Positions 29,413 through 39,298 of a stretch of 64,000 nt of DNA are shown here, one piece after another; within the stretch, counting starts at the first letter, position 1; each line of letters starts with the position of its first letter. The position numbers and the translations under genes were made by a program. The notes below the pieces were generated by a model. It ran no database searches. It had not been told where the DNA came from and was given only the letters and a program-made list of their open reading frames with translations. The DNA comes from an uncultured delta proteobacterium (GTDB taxonomy: Bacteria; Desulfobacterota; Binatia; UBA9968): NCBI GenBank assembly GCA_963771465.1, contig CAVYTU010000017.1:640001-704000 (forward strand). The letters are read 5' to 3'.

Positions 29413-29547
29413 TCACTGTGAGAATTCGACAAGGCCGCAGCCGGTGGCCCACGGGACGAACCCCGAGGTATCCTGGCGATAGCGCTCGCGCCGCTCTGGG
29501 TCGCGGTTGACGTGATAAATCAGCTTTTGCACCTGATACAAACTCAT
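29413..29547 (-). pseudogene. 44-codon putative ligA(5')/ligB(3') deletion-fusion remnant
   Basis: MSLYQVQKLIYHVNRDPERRERYRQDTSGFV|PWATGCGLVEFSQ*; ATG 6 nt after the hydrolase stop; family match from recall only. Confidence 0.6.
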
Positions 29548-29552
29548 GATGA

Positions 29553-30644
29553 TCAATCCAGCTTTTGATGCAGCCAATCAATGACGGTCTTAAAAATATT
29601 CGGGATCGCGCCCATGTGGCCGCCGGGGAAAAGGCGGATGGCTTTTGGCGTGCCATGCTCGAGCAACAAGTAAAAATCTTCCAGCGGCACTTGCTTGTCT
29701 TCTTTGCCGTTGACGATCAAGAGCGGCGCACAGGGTTTATCGAGCAGACCTTGATCGAGAAGCGATAGCGCCGGCATCACCGAGCACAGCTCATCGAAGG
29801 TTTTCTTGCCGAATAAATTGGCGCGCGCTTCGATCAGATCGAAAAGATAGGAGTCGGCGTGGCGCGAGTGCTCCTGCCATTCAGCCTGAAAAAAATAATG
29901 AACACCACCGCCCCAGTTGACCGCGCCGCGGATTGTATCGGGCGCGAGATGGGCGAGCTTGGTCGACCAGTAGCCGCCGAAGCTGGCGCCGACTACGGCG
30001 ATTTTTTCGCTGTCGACTTCCGGCCGTTTGAGCAAGTATTCCAACACGGCCAAGTGGACTTGATGCGCGTCCGGTCCGGCCAGCATGGGGCATTCGCCGG
30101 TGCCGGGACTGTCGATGATGAAACAACCCCAGCCTTGCTTGACGAAGTTCTCGCCGAAAGTGTGGCGTTCTTCTTTCCAATTGTCGATGCCGCCCCAGTG
30201 CATGATCATCGGCGCGGGAAGTTTTCTCGGCAACCGCAAATGGCCGACAATCGCTTTGCCTTGGAACGGTATCGCCACGCGCTCCACCGGGATGTCAAAA
30301 TATTTCGACGCGGCGAGAAACATCGCGCGGGTCTTCTGGTAGCCGTGGTGTTTGCCCGGCGTGCTCGGAAACGGATGGCGCGCGATGCCGTAGTAACCGT
30401 AGGATTTGAGATAGGCGGCTTTGGCTTCGACGCCGTTGCCGGCCTTTTCCGCGTTGTTCGCTTTGTCTTCCCATTTGGTCCCCAGTTCGTTCCATGCCGC
30501 CGCCCAAGTCTCGCCGTCAAAGTTCGTCATCCTGGCGAGAGCTTGCTCGGCTTCCTCTTTGTCGGCATGAAGAAACGGCGCGCGGTGGGCGATGCGCGCG
30601 CGAATGTCGTTCTTCACTTCGTCGATCGTACGCGCTTCACTCAT
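29553..30644 (-). CDS. Alpha/beta hydrolase (FrsA/2,6-dihydroxypseudooxynicotine hydrolase-like)
   Basis: GGIDNWKEE, DSPGTGE, GASFGG nucleophile elbow, D and GGH triad positions. Confidence 0.88.
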   Translation of the reverse strand: MSEARTIDEVKNDIRARIAHRAPFLHADKEEAEQALARMTNFDGETWAAAWNELGTKWEDKANNAEKAGNGVEAKAAYLKSYGYYGIARHPFPSTPGKHHGYQKTRAMFLAASKYFDIPVERVAIPFQGKAIVGHLRLPRKLPAPMIMHWGGIDNWKEERHTFGENFVKQGWGCFIIDSPGTGECPMLAGPDAHQVHLAVLEYLLKRPEVDSEKIAVVGASFGGYWSTKLAHLAPDTIRGAVNWGGGVHYFFQAEWQEHSRHADSYLFDLIEARANLFGKKTFDELCSVMPALSLLDQGLLDKPCAPLLIVNGKEDKQVPLEDFYLLLEHGTPKAIRLFPGGHMGAIPNIFKTVIDWLHQKLD

Positions 30645-30844
30645 GGAATCATCCCTTCAAATCCTACTCGCCCTATCTAATGCCGAAAGCTGTTTTAGGT
30701 CAACAATGGAATTCTCGGGTCACGGATGATTTCGCGCTCGTTGGGGTTGACCTTTGGGTTTCACCATGTCATCCAAATAATTCAAATAAGTCTTTACAGT
30801 GAGTTTTGTTTCGATGTAGTTTTTAACCATCGCGGAGCTGATTC

Positions 30845-31705
30845 ATGGCGAGCATCATCGACGGGAAAGCCGTCGCCAAAGAAGTCCAGCAGCAAATCAA
30901 ACAAGAAATGGAAGGGCTCGAACGGCGCTGGGGCCTGGTGCCGGGATTGGCCGTGGTCCTTGTCGGCGACGATCCGGCGTCGCATATTTACGTGCGCAAT
31001 AAGGAAAAAGCTTGCAAGGAAGTCGGCATCAAATCGTTCGAGCATTTTTTGCCCTCGACCGTTTCGGAAAGAGAGCTTTTGGCTTTAGTCCATCAACTGA
31101 ACAAAGACAAACATGTTCACGGAATTTTGGTTCAGTTGCCCTTGCCGCCGCATATTCGGGCGGAAAAAATACTCGAAGCGGTTTCGCCGCAAAAAGATAT
31201 CGACGGGTTTCACCCGGTGAGCCAGGGCATGCTGGTGCTCGGCGGCGACGGCTTCAAACCCTGTACGCCGATGGGCATCATGCGCTTACTCGAAGCGGCC
31301 CATTGCGACCCCAAAGGCAAAAACGCCGTGGTCGTTGGCCGTAGCAATATCGTCGGCAAACCGGTGGCGCTGATGCTGTTGGAAAAACATGCGACCGTGA
31401 CGATCTGTCACTCGCGCACCGTGAGCTTGCGCGACGAAGTGGGCCGCGCCGATATTCTCATCGTGGCGATCGGCAAGGCTGGACTGGTGCGCGGCGATTG
31501 GATCAAGCCGGGAGCGGTGGTGATCGATGTCGGCGTCAATCGATTGCCCAATGGTAAACTCGGTGGCGATGTCGAGTTCGAAACCGCTAAAGACCGCGCT
31601 TCGGCGATTACGCCGGTGCCGGGCGGCGTTGGGCCGATGACGATCTGCATGCTTCTGTTTAACACTTTGAAGGCGGCCAAAGCGTCGCTCCGGCGCGAAC
31701 GTTAA
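30845..31705 (+). CDS. folD: Methylenetetrahydrofolate dehydrogenase/cyclohydrolase
   Basis: [41 protein letters not shown]. Confidence 0.97.
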   Translation: MASIIDGKAVAKEVQQQIKQEMEGLERRWGLVPGLAVVLVGDDPASHIYVRNKEKACKEVGIKSFEHFLPSTVSERELLALVHQLNKDKHVHGILVQLPLPPHIRAEKILEAVSPQKDIDGFHPVSQGMLVLGGDGFKPCTPMGIMRLLEAAHCDPKGKNAVVVGRSNIVGKPVALMLLEKHATVTICHSRTVSLRDEVGRADILIVAIGKAGLVRGDWIKPGAVVIDVGVNRLPNGKLGGDVEFETAKDRASAITPVPGGVGPMTICMLLFNTLKAAKASLRRER

Positions 31706-31730
31706 GTACTTTCGCTGATCTTTCGCAACC

Positions 31731-32855
31731 GTGGCGTTCGCGCTTAAAAGAACCCCGCTTTACGCAGCGCACCGGCGCGCCGGCGCTAGGATCGTCGAGT
31801 TCGCCGGTTGGGAGATGCCGGTTCAATATACCGGTGTGATCGAAGAACACCGAGCCGTACGCAGCCATGCCGGGCTTTTCGACGTTAGCCACATGGGCGA
31901 AATCGAAATTCGCGGCGCGGCCGCGCTGGAAGCGTGCCAGCGCATCACGGCCAACGATGTCGCGCGCGTGAAATTGTTTCAGGCGCAGTATAACCTGCTG
32001 CTCAACGATCAAGGCGGCGTGGTCGACGACGTGATTATTTATCACGTTAAACCCGAGGCGTATTTTATTTGCGTCAACGCGTCGAACATCGAAAAGGATT
32101 ATGCCTGGATTCGCGATCACGCGCGGGGCGCCGTCGAAGTCGACAATCAGAGCGCGATGTATGCTCAATTGGCCTTGCAAGGACCGGCGTCGCAAGCGGT
32201 TTTGCAGCCGTTAACGGCGCTTAAGCTGGCTGAGTTGAAGTCGTTCCATTTCGCCTTTGCCGACGTTGCGGCGATTCGTTGCATGGTGGCGCGAACCGGA
32301 TATACCGGCGAAGACGGCTTCGAGCTGTACTGCCATGCCAAGGATGGCGAAAAATTATGGAACGACTTGCTGTCCGCCGGGGCGCCGGGGGGTTTGGTGC
32401 CGGTCGGGTTGGGCGCGCGCGATACGCTGCGATTGGAGAAGGCGTATCCGCTCTATGGCCATGAACTCGACGATAGGACCACACCGTTGGAAGCCGGCTT
32501 AGAGTGGGTGACCAAATTGGCCAAACCGGCTTTTATCGGCCGTGAAGTTATTGTTAAGCAGAAGGCCGACGGGGTGCGGCGAAAACTAGTGGGCTTGGAA
32601 CTTTTGCAGCCGGGGATTGCCCGCGGTGGTTATCAACTCATCAAAGACGAACGCACCGTTGGCCGCGTTACTAGCGGCACCAAGTCGCCGACGTTGAACA
32701 AGGCGATAGCGCTCGGTTACGTCTCCAGTGAAGAATCTCGTGTCGACAACGTGATCGATGTCGAGATTCGCGGCCGCCGGGTGCCGACGAAGATTGTGCC
32801 GATACCGTTTTACCGCCGTAAGGGCGTAGCCAAACAGGTTGAAGGAGGTCAGTGA
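31731..32855 (+). CDS. gcvT: Glycine cleavage system T protein
   Basis: FAGWEMPVQY, FDVSHMG, RTGYTGEDGFE, GLGARDTLRLE. Confidence 0.97.
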   Translation: MAFALKRTPLYAAHRRAGARIVEFAGWEMPVQYTGVIEEHRAVRSHAGLFDVSHMGEIEIRGAAALEACQRITANDVARVKLFQAQYNLLLNDQGGVVDDVIIYHVKPEAYFICVNASNIEKDYAWIRDHARGAVEVDNQSAMYAQLALQGPASQAVLQPLTALKLAELKSFHFAFADVAAIRCMVARTGYTGEDGFELYCHAKDGEKLWNDLLSAGAPGGLVPVGLGARDTLRLEKAYPLYGHELDDRTTPLEAGLEWVTKLAKPAFIGREVIVKQKADGVRRKLVGLELLQPGIARGGYQLIKDERTVGRVTSGTKSPTLNKAIALGYVSSEESRVDNVIDVEIRGRRVPTKIVPIPFYRRKGVAKQVEGGQ

Positions 32856-33325
32856 TGGAGTTTCCTGAAGGGCTGAAATATTCAAAGGAACACGAATGGG
32901 TGTTGGTCGAGGGCAATAGCGCGACGATCGGCATCACGGAATACGCGCAAGAAGAACTTGGCGACATCGTTTACGTTGAGCTGCCGGAAGTCGGCGAGAA
33001 GATCGTCAAGGACGATCCGTTCGGCGCCGTCGAGTCGGTCAAAGCGGTATCGGACATTTACGCGCCGGTGAGCGGTACGGTGTTGGAGATCAACGATGTG
33101 TTACCCGACAATCCGGAAACCATCAACGACGATCCCTACGGCGATGGTTGGATGATCCGCGTCGAGTTGAGCGATAAAGACGATCTCAAGGATTTGATGG
33201 ACGAAGACGAATACGCCGAGTACGTCGCCCAGCAGAAAGAGGAAGAGGACGACGATGAAGACGACGAAGAAGAGGACGACGATGAGGCGGAGGAAGAAGA
33301 CGAGGACAAGGACAAGGATAAATAG
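32855..33325 (+). CDS. gcvH: Glycine cleavage system H protein with acidic C-terminal tail
   Basis: YSKEHEW, GITEYAQ, VESVKA lipoyl-Lys motif, DPYGDGW. Confidence 0.96.
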   Translation: MEFPEGLKYSKEHEWVLVEGNSATIGITEYAQEELGDIVYVELPEVGEKIVKDDPFGAVESVKAVSDIYAPVSGTVLEINDVLPDNPETINDDPYGDGWMIRVELSDKDDLKDLMDEDEYAEYVAQQKEEEDDDEDDEEEDDDEAEEEDEDKDKDK

Positions 33326-33346
33326 GCGCGCAAGCGGGCGAATCTG

Positions 33347-34693
33347 ATGCGCTACACGCCGCATACTCCTGCCGATCTGGAGCGCATGCTTGCGACCATC
33401 GGACTCAGCTCGGTCGACGAGCTTTATCGCCATATTCCCCAAACTCTGCGTGAGCGCGCTAAAATCGACCTGCCGGATGGTTTGACCGAACTCGCCGTGC
33501 GCCGGCACTTGATGGCGCTGGCGGCTGGTAATGCCAACGCGGGCGATTGGAGTTTTTTTCTTGGCGGCGGGATCTACCATCATTTTATTCCGAGCGCGGT
33601 GGATGCGATCATTTCGCGCTCAGAGTTCGCTACGTCTTATACGCCCTATCAGCCGGAGGTGAGCCAGGGCACGCTGCAAGCGCTGTTCGAATACCAGACG
33701 CTGATTTGCCAACTGACGGGCATGGAAGTTTCCAACGCGGCGGTTTATGACGGCGCGTCGGCGGTGGCGGAAGCGGTGCTCATGTCGCGCCGGATACAAC
33801 CGTCGCGCCGGCGCCGCGTGTTGGTTTCGCGCGCGCTCCATCCGCAATACCGCGCAGTGGTGGCTTGCTATTTAAAAAATCTTTCCGACATCCAACTCCA
33901 AGAGATTCCCTTCGATGGCAGCGGCGGAACTGATATCGCGCAGCTCAAAAGCGAGTTGAACGACCAATCGATGTGCGTCGTGGTTGGCTATCCCAATTTC
34001 TTCGGTGTGATTGAAGATCTCGCCTCGATCAAATCCCTCGCAGCCGAGGCCGGGGCGCAGGTCATTGCGGTGACCAGCGAGCCGTTGGCGTTGGCGCTGC
34101 TCAAGCCGCCGGGCGAGTTCGGCGTCGATATCGCGGTGGGCGAGGGACAAAGCCTCGGCGTGCCGATGAATCTGGGCGGGCCGGCCTTTGGTTTTTTTGC
34201 CTGTCAGAAAAAATTTGTTCGCAACATTCCTGGCCGCTTGGTCGGCGCGACTGTCGATAGCCAAGAGCGGCGCGGCTACGTGCTGACGCTGGCGACCCGG
34301 GAGCAGCATATTCGGCGGGAGAAGGCGACATCCAATATCTGCACCAGCCAAACCCTGTGCGCATTGGGTGCTACGGTTTATATGTCGCTCTTGGGCAAGT
34401 CCGGCTTGCGGCGCATCGCCGAGATCAATCTGGCGCGCGCCCACAGCGCTGCAGATCAATTAGTGGAGCAGGCGAAACTTGAACGGGTTTTCAGCGCGCC
34501 ATTCTTCAACGAGTTCGTCCTGCGCGGCAAAGAGTTGCCACGGCTCTTTGGCCGCTGCGGGGAGCGAAAAATCATCCCTGGCATCGAGCTGGCTCAATGG
34601 TATCCCGAGTTAGCGGACAGTTTTCTAGTCTGCGTCACTGAAATGAACGAGCGAGAGGAAATCGACCGGCTTGTCCGAACTGTCGCAGGATAA
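33347..34693 (+). CDS. gcvPA: Glycine dehydrogenase subunit 1
   Basis: YTPYQPEVSQG, TREQHIRREKATSNICT. Confidence 0.96.
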   Translation: MRYTPHTPADLERMLATIGLSSVDELYRHIPQTLRERAKIDLPDGLTELAVRRHLMALAAGNANAGDWSFFLGGGIYHHFIPSAVDAIISRSEFATSYTPYQPEVSQGTLQALFEYQTLICQLTGMEVSNAAVYDGASAVAEAVLMSRRIQPSRRRRVLVSRALHPQYRAVVACYLKNLSDIQLQEIPFDGSGGTDIAQLKSELNDQSMCVVVGYPNFFGVIEDLASIKSLAAEAGAQVIAVTSEPLALALLKPPGEFGVDIAVGEGQSLGVPMNLGGPAFGFFACQKKFVRNIPGRLVGATVDSQERRGYVLTLATREQHIRREKATSNICTSQTLCALGATVYMSLLGKSGLRRIAEINLARAHSAADQLVEQAKLERVFSAPFFNEFVLRGKELPRLFGRCGERKIIPGIELAQWYPELADSFLVCVTEMNEREEIDRLVRTVAG

Positions 34694-36167
34694 AAAGCGT
34701 TCGCGAGTTGCCGAGCCTCGGCTGATCTTCGAGAGCGGCTCGCCGGGACGAAGCGCCGTCGAGTGGCCTGCTGAAGTTGGCGATATCGCTGCGCTTGTTC
34801 CAGCGTCACTATTGCGCGACGACATCCCCGGCTTTCCCGAACTCGGCGAGCTTGAAGTGCTACGCCACTTTACCCGCATCTCGCAGCGCAACTTCGCCAT
34901 CGAGAGCCAGTTCTACCCGCTCGGCTCTTGTACCATGAAGTACAATCCGAAGATCAACGAAGCGGTGGCGCGCCTGCCCGGCTTCGCTGCAATCCATCCG
35001 CTCGCACCGACGCAGTTGCTCCAGGGTGCGCTGGCGCTGCTCTACGATCTGGAAAAAATGTTGGCCGAGATCAGCGCAATGGAGTACGTAAGCTTGCAGC
35101 CTTCCGCCGGCGCCCAGGGTGAGCTCACCGGGCTGATGCTGATCCGCGCCTGTCTGGCCGAGCGAGGCAATCCGCGGCAAAAAATCATCGTGCCGGACAC
35201 GGCGCACGGCACCAATCCGGCGAGCTCGACGTTATGCGGCTACGACGTAATGCAAATTTCCTCCAACGCGCGCGGCGTCATCGATGCAGCGGCCGTGGAA
35301 AAAGTGATGGACGAGGAGGTCGCCGCGGTGATGATCACCAATCCGAATACCCTCGGGCTGTTTGAAACCAATATCGAAGCGGTGGCTGCAGTCGTCCACG
35401 GCAAAGGCGGCATGGTTTATCTCGACGGCGCCAACTTGAATGCGCTCATGGGCATCGCCAAGCCGGGTCATATGGGCGTCGATGTTTTGCACATGAATTT
35501 GCACAAGACTTTTTCCACACCGCACGGCGGCGGCGGGCCCGGCGCCGGGCCGGTGGCCGTCAAAGCCCAGTTGCGCGACTACTTGCCGGCGCCGCGCGTA
35601 GTGAAGACCGGCGAGCAGTTTCGGCTTCTGGAAGACTGCCCGAAGTCGGTGGGCAGGGTGCGCTCGTATTTCGGCAACTTTGGCGTGTTGGTGCGCGCTT
35701 ATACTTATATTCTTTCTCTCGGCGGCGCTGGGCTCGAAGAGGTGAGCCGAATGGCGCTTCTCAACGCCAACTACATTCGCAAGAAATTAGAAAAAGCTTA
35801 TCAGATCGCCTATGACCAGCCGTGCATGCACGAGTGCATATTTACCGACCGTATGCAGCACAAGAATGGCGTGAGCACCCTCGATATCGCCAAGCGTTTG
35901 CTCGATTATGGCTACCATCCGCCGACGATTTATTTTCCCTTGGTGGTATCCGGTGCCTTGATGATCGAGCCCACCGAGACTGAAACTCCAGGGACCCTCG
36001 ACGGTTTTATCGACGCCATGCTGGCGATCGCCCAAGAAGCGAAAGACGATCCGGAGTTGGTGCAGAGCGCGCCCCACTCGACGCCGGTGGGTCGATTGGA
36101 TGAAGCGCGCGCGGCGCGCAAGCCCGTGCTGCGTTGGGAGCCAGGTTCGTCGGGGGGTGAGTCCTAG
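34671..36167 (+). CDS. gcvPB: Glycine dehydrogenase subunit 2
   Basis: YPLGSCTMKYNPK, HGTNPAS, HMNLHKTFSTPHGGGGPG; start uncertain. Confidence 0.96.
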   Translation: MSELSQDKKRSRVAEPRLIFESGSPGRSAVEWPAEVGDIAALVPASLLRDDIPGFPELGELEVLRHFTRISQRNFAIESQFYPLGSCTMKYNPKINEAVARLPGFAAIHPLAPTQLLQGALALLYDLEKMLAEISAMEYVSLQPSAGAQGELTGLMLIRACLAERGNPRQKIIVPDTAHGTNPASSTLCGYDVMQISSNARGVIDAAAVEKVMDEEVAAVMITNPNTLGLFETNIEAVAAVVHGKGGMVYLDGANLNALMGIAKPGHMGVDVLHMNLHKTFSTPHGGGGPGAGPVAVKAQLRDYLPAPRVVKTGEQFRLLEDCPKSVGRVRSYFGNFGVLVRAYTYILSLGGAGLEEVSRMALLNANYIRKKLEKAYQIAYDQPCMHECIFTDRMQHKNGVSTLDIAKRLLDYGYHPPTIYFPLVVSGALMIEPTETETPGTLDGFIDAMLAIAQEAKDDPELVQSAPHSTPVGRLDEARAARKPVLRWEPGSSGGES

Positions 36168-36421
36168 CCCGGGTTATTCGCGCCGGCCGCGATCGAGCGG
36201 CAACCCATTCAGAGCGAAGGCAAAGCGGCTGTACGTTGAAAATGCACCGCGGTGCGTTACTTATGAAACTAGCGGCGAGAAGGTCAAACATCGTGCCGAG
36301 GCGCCGAGCGGGAAATGAAACATTCGCACTGGTGCCTTCGCTCGACGTTTAGCTTCTTTGGGGTCACACCTCGATCGACAGAACGTCGTGAGTTTTTCTC
36401 GAAGCATGAATGATCCGGCTA
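36165..36421. mobile_element. Candidate MITE or structured RNA with nested inverted repeats
   Basis: Imperfect terminal IR (36165-36179/36408-36421); perfect 8-bp (36190-36197/36370-36377) and 11-bp (36212-36222/36333-36343) inner IRs. Confidence 0.45.
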
Positions 36422-36432
36422 AGCTCGCGCAA

Positions 36433-37206
36433 TCAGCGCGTGTAGCGATAATTCAAGCGATTGTCGTGGTATTCCATCGCCGCGGAGATCGATAGCGGGA
36501 CGGGCTTAATCCACGTCGGTATCGGTGGAAACGGCGCCGCGGCTCGGATCGCGCGTACGGCTTCTTGGTCAAGCAGTTCAGATCCGGAGGAGCGCACCAC
36601 TCGTAAATGTTCCAGTCGACCGTCGGCGCCGATAGCAAATTCCAATGCTAAGCGGCCCTGCAAACCATAGCGAAGCGCCATTTCCGGATATTCCCACTGA
36701 ACTTCGATGGACTGCTTGATCTTGGTGAAATAGTTGACATAGATCGGGTCTTTGGTGTTAAGGCTGATGGGCGCGTTGGCGCGGGCGTTCGATGTCGAAA
36801 ACGTCGCCGAGGGCAGTAAGTCCTTAACTGACGGCAGTGGGCGCTCGACGACAACCGTCTTCTCGGCAATCGATTCCGATGCGATCGGCGGCGGCTCCTC
36901 GCGGATTTTTTCCACCGGCGCAGGCTTTTCGCGCATAGTCGACGGCAGATCCTTTGGCGCCCGGGCGCTGTCTTTTTTTGCGATGATCGTCGGTGTCTTG
37001 GCTGCGCGAGTCGCCGGGGCAGACTTCGGGGCGCGGATCACTGGGCTGGATTGCCGTTCCAATGGTGGCGCGAGGGTTACGGGAATCGCATTATGCTCCG
37101 GCGGCCGGTCTACTAGGCCCGGCGCTTTTAGGATCACCAAGGCCAGGGTGTGAATCACCAACGATAGAACGAAGAATCGAGAGAGGGTTGTGTGCAAGAG
37201 TGTCAC
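36433..37206 (-). CDS. TonB-family energy transducer
   Basis: N-terminal TM with SxxxH, Pro/Lys-rich linker, YPEMA...SSGSELLDQEAVRAI C-domain. Confidence 0.88.
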   Translation of the reverse strand: MTLLHTTLSRFFVLSLVIHTLALVILKAPGLVDRPPEHNAIPVTLAPPLERQSSPVIRAPKSAPATRAAKTPTIIAKKDSARAPKDLPSTMREKPAPVEKIREEPPPIASESIAEKTVVVERPLPSVKDLLPSATFSTSNARANAPISLNTKDPIYVNYFTKIKQSIEVQWEYPEMALRYGLQGRLALEFAIGADGRLEHLRVVRSSGSELLDQEAVRAIRAAAPFPPIPTWIKPVPLSISAAMEYHDNRLNYRYTR

Positions 37207-37297
37207 GGGGGTATATTATCGTCTCTCTAGGCGACGGCAAGCGCGCCGCTGAAATTTGGTCCTGCCGTCCAATTTCTCTCTAGCGAGAGGAGGCTTG

Positions 37298-37477
37298 ATG
37301 TTCGGACTTGGCATTGGTGAACTCTTAGTCATTTTGGTGATCGTCGTAGTGCTGTTCAGCCGCCGCCTGCCCGACCTCGGTGAAGGTCTGGGCAAGAGTA
37401 TCAAGAAGTTTCGCAAAGCGGTCAACGACAATGACGAGATCGATATCACACCGAAGAACGATTCCGGTAAGTCCTAG
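37298..37477 (+). CDS. tatA: Twin-arginine translocase TatA/E
   Basis: [38 protein letters not shown]; GGAGG RBS. Confidence 0.9.
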   Translation: MFGLGIGELLVILVIVVVLFSRRLPDLGEGLGKSIKKFRKAVNDNDEIDITPKNDSGKS

Positions 37478-37494
37478 GGCGCGCTGAATTTCGC

Positions 37495-38586
37495 TTAGAC
37501 CTCGCTGTCCGCAAGCACCACTTCGCAGGTAACGTCTTTGGCGCTTTTCGTCGACTTTAAAAATACGATTGCGAAAGGTATCGAGTCGCCGGGCGGCAAT
37601 TCGAAACTTTTGAGCGGCTTCAGGTTTTGCAAATGGGGAATATCTTCAACCGTCATGCCACGTAAAATTTTCGCCGACAGGGTGTTGCCGACCCAGGTCG
37701 ATTGCTGCTCCAGTTCTGTGCCCGCCTCATTGAAAACCTTCCCCGTGAGCTGAACTTCACGGATGACAACCGGATTTTGATTGAGCGCGATTCCGGTCAT
37801 GACGAAGACTTCGCGGTTACCCTGAATCGCTTGATAGCCGCCGCGCAGCGACTGGATCAATATACCGTCCTTGAGGTGCGTATTTTTGAGCACACTTGGA
37901 CCGAGGAGCGGGATATTTTTGATGAAGCCTTCCGATGCCTTGGGATGAGCGTGGGTGATCACGGCGAGCAGCGAAAAGACGATCACCAGCAGGCCGAGGA
38001 GCGTGATGTAGGGAAGAATCGACGCCTGTTGATCCATGTACGATGACATCGGCAAGATGTTGTTGCCGTCATCGCCGTCCGCGTCGCTATAGGCCGCCGG
38101 AAATAACGGATCGTCGACTTTAAATCGCTCGGCTATATCGAGGGGTTTCGCGCGCGGCGGACTCGACGGCAGTTCGGATAACGTGAAGGGATCGTCTGCT
38201 TTGCCTTCGCTCTCGCTCATCGACCATCGTTCATCGTCGGCGGAATTTTTGAACTCCTCCCCTACTTCGGTAACATGCGGTGCCGCGAAATCGCTCTGCG
38301 GCGGCGTTTTCAACGGCGCCGATTCGGCCGGTGGTATTTTTTTGACATCCTCGGGGCGCTCGTCGGCTTTCGGGGCGAAGGAAAAACTCAACTCTGGATC
38401 GGGTGGCGATACTTCATTTTTCTCGTCGTCGTCCACGAACGGTTCGCGCGGCGCATCGCTCGGCTCGTTGGCTTCGAGCTCGAAGGTGTGTTTACAGCGC
38501 GAGCAGCGAAATGCCGGCGCTGCACCTTTGAGCACGTCGTCGGCGACCTTGTAGGTCGTCTTGCAATTAGGACATTGAACCAGCAT
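37495..38586 (-). CDS. MJ0042-type zinc-ribbon / DUF3426 membrane protein
   Basis: CPNC...CSRC..F finger, acidic Pro-rich linker, single TM, C-terminal beta domain. Confidence 0.85.
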   Translation of the reverse strand: MLVQCPNCKTTYKVADDVLKGAAPAFRCSRCKHTFELEANEPSDAPREPFVDDDEKNEVSPPDPELSFSFAPKADERPEDVKKIPPAESAPLKTPPQSDFAAPHVTEVGEEFKNSADDERWSMSESEGKADDPFTLSELPSSPPRAKPLDIAERFKVDDPLFPAAYSDADGDDGNNILPMSSYMDQQASILPYITLLGLLVIVFSLLAVITHAHPKASEGFIKNIPLLGPSVLKNTHLKDGILIQSLRGGYQAIQGNREVFVMTGIALNQNPVVIREVQLTGKVFNEAGTELEQQSTWVGNTLSAKILRGMTVEDIPHLQNLKPLKSFELPPGDSIPFAIVFLKSTKSAKDVTCEVVLADSEV

Positions 38587-38743
38587 AGATGTTTCCTTCG
38601 TTAGGTTTGGACCGAGCACGATATAAATCCAAAGAAGTCTTTGTAATTTTAGAAGAATTCGCGAAAACATCAAGGTTAAATACTATTTTGCTGTTTTACT
38701 GGCTGAATAACCCTTCTAGTTAGGCGTCTAATAGGCAGGGATC

Positions 38744-39298
38744 GTGGATCTGAGCGATAGGGAACTGGTTCAGAAGTGCCAAGCCGGCGAGATGAATGCT
38801 TTCCAAGATCTCGTCTCGCGCTATCACCAGAAGGTTTACATGGTGATCCTTGGTCTGTTACGCAACCGTGAGGATGCGCTGGAGGTCGCCCAGGAAACTT
38901 TTTTTCGCGCCTTTCGAAAGATCAACAGTTTTCAAGGCGACTCGTCTTTTTACACTTGGATTTATCGAATCGCCGTTAACATGTCGATTGACGCGCAGCG
39001 GCGCCAGAAGAGAAATCCACTGGACTTTCGCGCGTCCATGGATACCGTGTTGGAAGCTCAGAACGAAACGGCGAAGGATCCCTTTGGTGATGTTCATGAC
39101 AAGGAACTGCGCGAGGGTTTGATCAAAGCGATCAACGACCTAACTCCGGAACACAAAGCGGTCATCGTGCTGCGAACGATTGAAGGGCGATCTTATAAAG
39201 ACATTGGCGAGATCCTCGGCTGCTCCGAAGGTACGGTGATGAGCCGGCTGCATTACGCGAGAAAAAAATTGCAAGGTAAGTTGAGCGAATTTTTATGA
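38744..39298 (+). CDS. ECF sigma-70 factor (RpoE-like)
   Basis: SSFYTWIYRIAVN region 2; SY.DIGEILGCSEGTVMSRLHYAR region 4. Confidence 0.93.
   Translation: MDLSDRELVQKCQAGEMNAFQDLVSRYHQKVYMVILGLLRNREDALEVAQETFFRAFRKINSFQGDSSFYTWIYRIAVNMSIDAQRRQKRNPLDFRASMDTVLEAQNETAKDPFGDVHDKELREGLIKAINDLTPEHKAVIVLRTIEGRSYKDIGEILGCSEGTVMSRLHYARKKLQGKLSEFL

Noticed and set aside
30645-30844. Possible glycine or THF riboswitch upstream of folD-gcv
   Set aside because: No recognisable conserved aptamer motifs
33136-33333. Poly-Ser ORF on the minus strand
   Set aside because: Reverse complement of the gcvH acidic tail
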